This document shows positions 53,695 to 58,842 of a stretch of 58,842 nucleotides of DNA, in pieces (positions within the stretch are counted from its first letter, which is position 1; each line of letters starts with the position of its first letter). Below the pieces are notes generated by a model, which was not told where the DNA came from, searched no databases, and saw only the letters and a list, made by a program, of their open reading frames with translations. The translations under genes and the position numbers were made by a program. This stretch comes from a bacterium (lineage in GTDB: Bacteria; Patescibacteriota; Minisyncoccia; Phycocordibacterales; GWA1-40-21). The stretch is from positions 1 through 58,842 of the forward strand of contig JBAWVR010000001.1 in the NCBI GenBank assembly GCA_037147155.1, given 5' to 3'.

Positions 53695-53832
53695 GCCGGT
53701 TGTGAGTTTTGGCATCGTTTTTAAAATTGCGTTCAAGTATTATTTTGATTATCTAATTAACAAAACAGACCCTAGCTCAATACCAGAATCTGTTCTGTTA
53801 AAAACAATTTTAATGCCAAAATCTACAACGGG
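53695..53832. mobile_element. family A hairpin/TIR element, copy A3
   Basis: Ends exactly at the argS stop codon (CTA at 53833-53835). About 90 percent identical to A1. Confidence 0.75.
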
Positions 53833-55602
53833 CTACATTTTCTCCGGTACCTCAATCCCCATCAAGTTCAATCCATTCTCCAAGACCTGTGCCGTAGCTT
53901 GGGCAATTGCCACACGATATGGTGAAGTAACTTCAGTCTTGTCCACGATTTTATGATTGGCATAATATGAATTAAATTCAGATGACAATTCAATCAAATA
54001 GGTGGCCATGAAGTGTGAAGAGTACTCGGTCTGACAACGCACTACCACTTCGGGGAAACGATAAATTATTTTCTCCACTCGACTGATTTCGGTTTCAGCT
54101 TTTTTCGCAGTCTTAAACATATTCCAGAAACCACCAATCACTCCAGCTTGTTTTGCCTTCTCTACAATGGACTTGGCACGGACACAGGTGTACTGAAGAT
54201 ATGGGCCAGAATCCCCTTCAAAGGATAGTGACTTCTCAAAATCAAAAATAATATCTTTGCCGGCCTCCTGTTTCAAAATAGAATAACGAATCGCACCGAC
54301 CGCAACAATCTCTGCCAACTTTTTCTTCTCTTCTTCGGTCATGACGCGCTCTTTGATTTTCTCAGTCGCAATTTCCTCCACATCAGAAATCATAGATTCT
54401 CCTGTGATCACATCACCGCGACGAGACGACATTTTACCGCCAGCAAAACGAAGCATACCATGAGAGATATGTTTGGTTTTCTCAGCTACTTCAGGTTCAA
54501 TCAAACTCAAAGCTTTCAATACTACCTTGAAATAATCACTCTGCTCGTGAGCAGTAATAATAATAGACTGATTGATATTTGGATTTTCTTTGAACTTCAA
54601 AGTATTCAAGCCCAACTCTTTGGTCTCATAAGTTGGAACACCCACAGAGTTCACGAACACGCGAGTGTGAAGACCATAATTTTCTCCACGGAAAATAGTG
54701 GCATTGTCACTCTTTTCAAAAATCCCTTTGGAATTTTCAGTCACAATAGTCAATCCATCTTTAACCACTTCACTTTCAAAATAATATCTATCAAATTTTG
54801 TGCCGAGTTTTTTGAATATTTCTTCAAAGTGCTTCATGCTGACAGCCTTACCAGCTTTGTGCAGTTTCATTATTTCTTCATCTTTGCCTTCAAAAATCAC
54901 TTTGTTCAACTGATCAATCTCAGCTTTTTCGGCTCCTTCTTTATCGTATTCTGATGAACCAAAAGTATAAGCCAAACCCCAAAAAGCCCCCTCATTATCA
55001 TGAGATAGCATAGCCACTTCTCTATCATAGACCGGCACTTTATCTTTCTTCTCCGCCAAATAATTCTGGTCCAATTTCTGATAGCCCCAAATAGCTTTGG
55101 CTACATGAAGACCAACATCACCTGAATAACAAGCACGTTTGACTTCGGCGCCAGCAAAAGCAATAAAACGTGACATGGTCTCGCCAACAGAGTTACTCAT
55201 GAGGTGACCAATGTGAAATTGTTTGAATGGATTTGGATCAGTGTACTCAATCAAAATCTTCTCCCCTTTTCGACTATCATTGCTACCATATTTTTTTCCA
55301 AGTTTAGGAATATTTTTTACTTCTATTTCAAAAAAGTCGGCCTGCAAATAAAAGTTGATGAAACCTGGGCCAGCGATTTCAATTTTCTCAACCTGGAGAA
55401 TATTTTTGGCATTTAATTTTTCTACAATTTTTTCAGCCGTTTGGCGTGGATTAAGACCAAGCTTTTTTGAGGCCACAAGAGAGGCATTTGTAGAATAATC
55501 TCCAAAATTCAAATCCTCTGGATGTTCAATGGCGATCTTGGCATCTGTGACACCCAAATCAGCCAAAACCTCCAAAACCGCTTTTTCTAATTGATTTTTC
55601 AT
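53833..55602 (-). CDS. argS: arginyl-tRNA synthetase
   Basis: 589-aa ORF: NPFKQFHIGHLMSN (HIGH) and GGKMSSRRG (KMSK-like). Confidence 0.93.
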   Translation of the reverse strand: MKNQLEKAVLEVLADLGVTDAKIAIEHPEDLNFGDYSTNASLVASKKLGLNPRQTAEKIVEKLNAKNILQVEKIEIAGPGFINFYLQADFFEIEVKNIPKLGKKYGSNDSRKGEKILIEYTDPNPFKQFHIGHLMSNSVGETMSRFIAFAGAEVKRACYSGDVGLHVAKAIWGYQKLDQNYLAEKKDKVPVYDREVAMLSHDNEGAFWGLAYTFGSSEYDKEGAEKAEIDQLNKVIFEGKDEEIMKLHKAGKAVSMKHFEEIFKKLGTKFDRYYFESEVVKDGLTIVTENSKGIFEKSDNATIFRGENYGLHTRVFVNSVGVPTYETKELGLNTLKFKENPNINQSIIITAHEQSDYFKVVLKALSLIEPEVAEKTKHISHGMLRFAGGKMSSRRGDVITGESMISDVEEIATEKIKERVMTEEEKKKLAEIVAVGAIRYSILKQEAGKDIIFDFEKSLSFEGDSGPYLQYTCVRAKSIVEKAKQAGVIGGFWNMFKTAKKAETEISRVEKIIYRFPEVVVRCQTEYSSHFMATYLIELSSEFNSYYANHKIVDKTEVTSPYRVAIAQATAQVLENGLNLMGIEVPEKM

Positions 55603-55703
55603 CCCGTTAGAGACTTGAGCATTATGTCTTTTGCCAAGCCTATTTTAATCTAGTAAATCTCTTGTTTAATTTGTAAAGTATCCCTCTTCGTCTCTAACGG
55701 GAT
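55601..55703. mobile_element. family B hairpin/TIR element, copy B1, abutting the argS start codon
   Basis: ATCCCGTTAGAGAC ... GTCTCTAACGGGAT. The left AT is part of the argS ATG on the minus strand. Related copy at 58522-58624. Confidence 0.7.
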
Positions 55704-55751
55704 TCATTGATTTTACTATAACAAAAAACCTTATATAATACAAAATCTAAT

Positions 55752-55780
55752 TTGACCATACTTATCCGTAGGTTTAAAAT
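55752..55780 (+). promoter_or_regulatory. candidate promoter for the 55829-56083 gene
   Basis: TTGACC, 17 nt, TAAAAT. Confidence 0.45.
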
Positions 55781-55828
55781 TAAACTAGGTTGTTCTTCTC
55801 ACCAAACTCCAAAGAAAGGAGGTGCGTC

Positions 55829-56083
55829 ATGTCAAAATCTCATGTTGTCTACAAGGGTGACAAGCAAGGTGACGAGACCGGTAAGGTCTACAAAAAAATT
55901 GTCCGTCACCTAAAACAGCACGACCAATCAACTTGGCCAACGGAACTCCAAGAATCTATCAAGAAACTTGGAGACCCACCAAAATCTCGCCAAGGTCGAG
56001 ACGATTTTGATTCAAAGGTAGAAAAATTAATCTACCGTTGGATTGAAAACAATGAAGAAGTTGCCAAACACTGGAGGCCATGA
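55829..56083 (+). CDS. hypothetical small protein (84 aa)
   Basis: The internal ATG at 55829 is preceded by AAAGGAGG. Encodes MSKSHVVYKGDKQGDETGKVYKK... No family recognised. Confidence 0.5.
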   Translation: MSKSHVVYKGDKQGDETGKVYKKIVRHLKQHDQSTWPTELQESIKKLGDPPKSRQGRDDFDSKVEKLIYRWIENNEEVAKHWRP

Positions 56084-56098
56084 TGACCAAAAACTAAT

Positions 56099-56123
56099 GC
56101 CGGTTCGCCTGTTGCGAACCGGC
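56099..56123. terminator. bidirectional terminator between convergent genes
   Basis: GCCGGTTCGC-ctgtt-GCGAACCGGC with T-rich flanks on both strands. Confidence 0.65.
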
Positions 56124-56127
56124 TGTT

Positions 56128-56553
56128 TTAATTCTTACCCGTGGAGCCAAAACCTCCTGCACCCCTAGTAGTTTCGGATTCAATTTGTCCTTCTTCGAAT
56201 TCTACTTCTTCACGCTTTTGAACAATCATTTGACCAACCTTGTCACCCACTTCAAATTTTTGTTCTTCTTTACTCAAATTAATTAAGGCAACGCAAACTT
56301 CCCCACAATAACCAGCATCCACCACTCCACCGATAGTCTTGATTCCCTTTTTGACTGCCAGACCACTTTTGTCCCAAATAAGTCCAGTGTAGCCAACAGG
56401 AATTTCCATTTTTAAACCAGTTGGAGCCACTGCCCGATCTCCCGGGAAAAGAACTATTTCTTCAGTAGTGAATAAGTCGGCACCAGCATCACCCTTGTGA
56501 GCAAAAACTGGCATTTTGGCGTTTGGGTGTAATTTCTCAATTTTAATTTTCAT
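56128..56553 (-). CDS. dut: dUTP diphosphatase
   Basis: 141-aa ORF: GDAGADL, GLIWDKSGL, GVVDAGYCGE, RGAGGFGSTG. Confidence 0.92.
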   Translation of the reverse strand: MKIKIEKLHPNAKMPVFAHKGDAGADLFTTEEIVLFPGDRAVAPTGLKMEIPVGYTGLIWDKSGLAVKKGIKTIGGVVDAGYCGEVCVALINLSKEEQKFEVGDKVGQMIVQKREEVEFEEGQIESETTRGAGGFGSTGKN

Positions 56554-56576
56554 AAGGTAATTATATCAAAAAATTA

Positions 56577-56599
56577 GGCCAACCGCTTTGCGGTTGGCC
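56577..56599 (-). terminator. rho-independent terminator after the small ORF at 56624-56812
   Basis: GGCCAACCG-ctttg-CGGTTGGCC followed by TAATTTTTT on the minus strand. Confidence 0.6.
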
Positions 56600-56623
56600 A
56601 TCCTATCTCCTCTTTGCTATTTC

Positions 56624-56812
56624 TTAGTTTTCTTGTCCGCCCATGGCGGGCGCCCGAACACCTGCTGTGACCGCTTTGTGCCACCCTGATCGACCTCTTT
56701 TGAGACTTTTGCCATCTGCCTGATCCTTTTCTGTTGGTTTTGGTTGCAGACAATTGTGGTTGCTAATGCAGCCACGCTTACAGAAATTACTTCCAAAATA
56801 TTTACGTTTCAT
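56624..56812 (-). CDS. hypothetical small basic Cys-containing protein (62 aa)
   Basis: GAGGAG lies 8 nt upstream of the ATG and the ORF has its own terminator. No family recognised. Confidence 0.4.
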   Translation of the reverse strand: MKRKYFGSNFCKRGCISNHNCLQPKPTEKDQADGKSLKRGRSGWHKAVTAGVRAPAMGGQEN

Positions 56813-56885
56813 CGCTTATGACTCCTCTTAAAAAAGAATGAACAATTTCTTCAGACCACAAGATAACATAAAAATTGTAAAAAAC

Positions 56886-56913
56886 AAAATCCGAGCCTTA
56901 CGACTCGGATTTT
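56886..56913 (-). terminator. rho-independent terminator
   Basis: AAAATCCGAG ... CTCGGATTTT with a T-run on the minus strand. Confidence 0.6.
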
Positions 56914-56917
56914 GCTT

Positions 56918-57325
56918 TTAAACATTTTCTCTAAAAAACGGTTCCAATTCTTCTACTTGTTGATATTCTTTTACCATCAAATTTTTATCACCGGAAATCA
57001 TAGCCGATATTTTCTTTTTACCTTCTACATTTCGATATAAACAAATTATCTTTTTCTCTTTGGCTTCGGCATAGGCTATTTCATAACCTACTCCAATACT
57101 TGGTGTGGTTACTTCTGCCACAACTAGGTCGGATGAATTTATCATCCCCACATCACGATTGTATATTTCAGTTTCGGTTAAATCCTGTTTTGTAGAATCA
57201 TACTTTCCACCCACGATGTGTTCGGTCAAAACTTCACCGTGCGTCAAAAGTAATTTGATTATCTCAGAATACACTTCCTCGTCTTCACGCCCACCACGGA
57301 TTGATCCAGCAAAATATATTTTCAT
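56918..57325 (-). CDS. nucleoside 2-deoxyribosyltransferase / DNPH1(Rcl)-like deoxynucleotide N-hydrolase
   Basis: 135-aa ORF: MKIYFAGSIRGGREDEEVYSEII...GEVLTEHI and VVAEVTTPSIGVGYEI. Confidence 0.7.
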   Translation of the reverse strand: MKIYFAGSIRGGREDEEVYSEIIKLLLTHGEVLTEHIVGGKYDSTKQDLTETEIYNRDVGMINSSDLVVAEVTTPSIGVGYEIAYAEAKEKKIICLYRNVEGKKKISAMISGDKNLMVKEYQQVEELEPFFRENV

Positions 57326-57326
57326 T

Positions 57327-58523
57327 TTATTTCTTCAAAATCTGATCAATTCTCTTGGCCAATTTAATCATATCTTTTTCTTTGGCTCCTCTTGTAGTCT
57401 CTCCGGCAGTACCCAAGCGAATTCCGGATGGATCAAATGGGGTGCGAGTCTCATTTGGAATAGTATTTTTATTTACAATGATTCCTTCCTTTTCCAATTT
57501 CTCAGAAGCCACGGCTCCTGGCATCCCCTCTCCACTCATCCATGTATCAACTAGAATCAAATGACTATCAGTACCGCCAGACACAATTCTCCAACCCAGT
57601 TTTTTCAATTCATCAGCCAAAACTTTTGCATTTTTTACTACCTGCTTGGCATATTTTTTGAAAGCTGGTGAAGCAGCTTCTTTCATAGCCACTGCCACAG
57701 CCGCAATCTGATTCATGTGTGGACCGCCCTGAAGTCCCGGAAAAATAGCTTTATCAATTTTCTTGCCCAATTCTCTCACATCTACTTTAGAAAAAATCAT
57801 TGCGCTGCGAGGTCCGCGCAAAGTCTTGTGCACAGTGGTAGTGACGATATCCGCATATTCAAACGGTGTTGGGTAAGCTCCACCAGCAACCAAACCAGCA
57901 AAGTGTGACATATCTACCATGAGCATCGCCCCACAAGCATCAGCAATCTCACGGAACTTTTTGAAATCCACCACGCGTGGATAAGCAGTATAACCAGCGA
58001 CAATCAATTTTGGTTTAGCTTCCACGGCCAGTTTCTTCAAATCTTCGTAGTCTAGAACTTCACTCTTGGCATCTACACCGTAGGCCACCTGTTGCCAGAA
58101 CTTTCCTGAAGCGGAAACTTTGTGACCGTGAGTCAAGTGACCACCATGATCAAGTGACATACCCATAATCTTTTCACCCTGAGGCACGAGTGCAAGATAC
58201 ACACCCAAGTTGGCTGGTGAACCAGATAGCGGTTGAACATTTACTTTCCAGCCACCAAGATCAGGTCGGTCAGTATCTCCAGCTTTCAAACCAAAAGCTT
58301 TAAGAGCTCTGTCCTGACACAGCAATTCAATCTTGTCGGTATTCACCTGTCCACCGTAGTATCGCTTGCCAGGATAACCCTCAGAATATTTGTTGGTGAG
58401 TTTGGAACCAAGAGCCTTCAAGACATCATCAGATACATAGTTTTCAGAAGCGATCAAAGAAATATTTTTCTTCTGTCTCACTTCTTCGGCTTTAATCAAC
58501 TTTTCAATTTGTTTGTCTTTCAT
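57327..58523 (-). CDS. glyA: serine hydroxymethyltransferase
   Basis: 398-aa ORF: LIASENY, GYPGKRYYGG, TTTVHKTLRGPR (PLP lysine). Confidence 0.95.
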   Translation of the reverse strand: MKDKQIEKLIKAEEVRQKKNISLIASENYVSDDVLKALGSKLTNKYSEGYPGKRYYGGQVNTDKIELLCQDRALKAFGLKAGDTDRPDLGGWKVNVQPLSGSPANLGVYLALVPQGEKIMGMSLDHGGHLTHGHKVSASGKFWQQVAYGVDAKSEVLDYEDLKKLAVEAKPKLIVAGYTAYPRVVDFKKFREIADACGAMLMVDMSHFAGLVAGGAYPTPFEYADIVTTTVHKTLRGPRSAMIFSKVDVRELGKKIDKAIFPGLQGGPHMNQIAAVAVAMKEAASPAFKKYAKQVVKNAKVLADELKKLGWRIVSGGTDSHLILVDTWMSGEGMPGAVASEKLEKEGIIVNKNTIPNETRTPFDPSGIRLGTAGETTRGAKEKDMIKLAKRIDQILKK

Positions 58524-58624
58524 CCCGTTAGAGGCTTGGGCATTATGTTTTCTGCCTAGCCATAGTTAATTTAATAAATATCTTAATTTTATTATACAAG
58601 ACCCCTCTTCGCCTCTAACGGGAT
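58522..58624. mobile_element. family B hairpin/TIR element, copy B2, abutting the glyA start codon
   Basis: ATCCCGTTAGAGGC ... GCCTCTAACGGGAT. Relative to B1, the A/T pair in the terminal stem is replaced by G/C on both arms. Confidence 0.7.
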
Positions 58625-58842
58625 CATGTTACCTTTAATATATTGTTTCAATCTGTTTTTAATATATCTTTTTCCCATGCCTGATTTCAAATATTTTTCT
58701 CTAGCCATTGCATCCTCCTGATTTAAACAAGCTTCGTAATAAACCAAATAATATGTATTATCCCTACTTGTGTAATATGATCTATTTGACTTGTGCTCTT
58801 TTAACCGCTTTTTTAAATCAGAAGTATACCCAGTATATATTC
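58592..58842 (-). CDS. GIY-YIG nuclease family protein, N-terminus beyond window edge
   Basis: Minus-strand frame reads ...IYTGYTSDLKKRLKEHKSN...YYLVYYEACLNQEDAMAREKYLKSGMGKRY...KGNMIPLEAKRGLV*. The last 11 codons and the stop lie inside element B2. Confidence 0.7.
   Translation of the reverse strand, partial: IYTGYTSDLKKRLKEHKSNRSYYTSRDNTYYLVYYEACLNQEDAMAREKYLKSGMGKRYIKNRLKQYIKGNMIPLEAKRGLV

Noticed and set aside
1-58842. tRNA, rRNA, tmRNA or SRP RNA genes
   Set aside because: I scanned the intergenic regions by eye for T-loop/acceptor patterns and conserved rRNA, tmRNA and SRP motifs. None was found. Only the RNase P RNA and the T-box leader were recognisable.

Overview
Gene-dense, low-GC window, mostly minus-strand. 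It looks like a reduced Patescibacteria/CPR-type genome. That assignment is inference, resting on Shine-Dalgarno-less housekeeping genes, trimmed aaRS architectures, very large surface proteins, small GIY-YIG ORFs and many palindromic repeats. Core content: seven aaRS genes (thrS behind a T-box leader, pheS/pheT, metG, glyQS, ileS, argS), frameshifted gyrB, ftsK, recA, efp, rpsF-ssb-rpsR, rplY, recO, dut, glyA, tatD, an RNase P RNA, and a cell-envelope block (processive GT2, lytic transglycosylase, PEGA protein, four large secreted proteins). The main accessory system is a complete diversity-generating retroelement (DGR) at about 50.5-53.2 kb. It has an RT with a DGR-type GNLTSQ motif, an Avd-like four-helix-bundle gene and a 137-nt TR/VR pair. 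All 16 TR/VR mismatches fall on TR adenines, and the VR encodes the last 45 codons of a small, apparently cytoplasmic 213-aa target of unrecognised fold. Three features of this DGR are unusual: avd lies antisense to RT/TR/target, avd is interrupted by a C10 homopolymer, and the island is bracketed by palindromic repeat clusters next to rnpB. Other observations: (1) a family of about 100-140 bp hairpin/TIR elements sits exactly against stop codons (family A) or start codons (family B), and one copy carries a GIY-YIG nuclease ORF in place of its loop; (2) PheT carries an inserted NlpC/P60 domain and IleRS an inserted histidine-phosphatase domain; (3) a 63-bp palindromic unit occurs in both orientations beside an identical flank containing a perfect DnaA-box 9-mer, upstream of surface-protein promoters; (4) an operon encodes three paralogous small Cys-rich proteins. 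All calls come from reading the sequence and ORF track; no database search was run.
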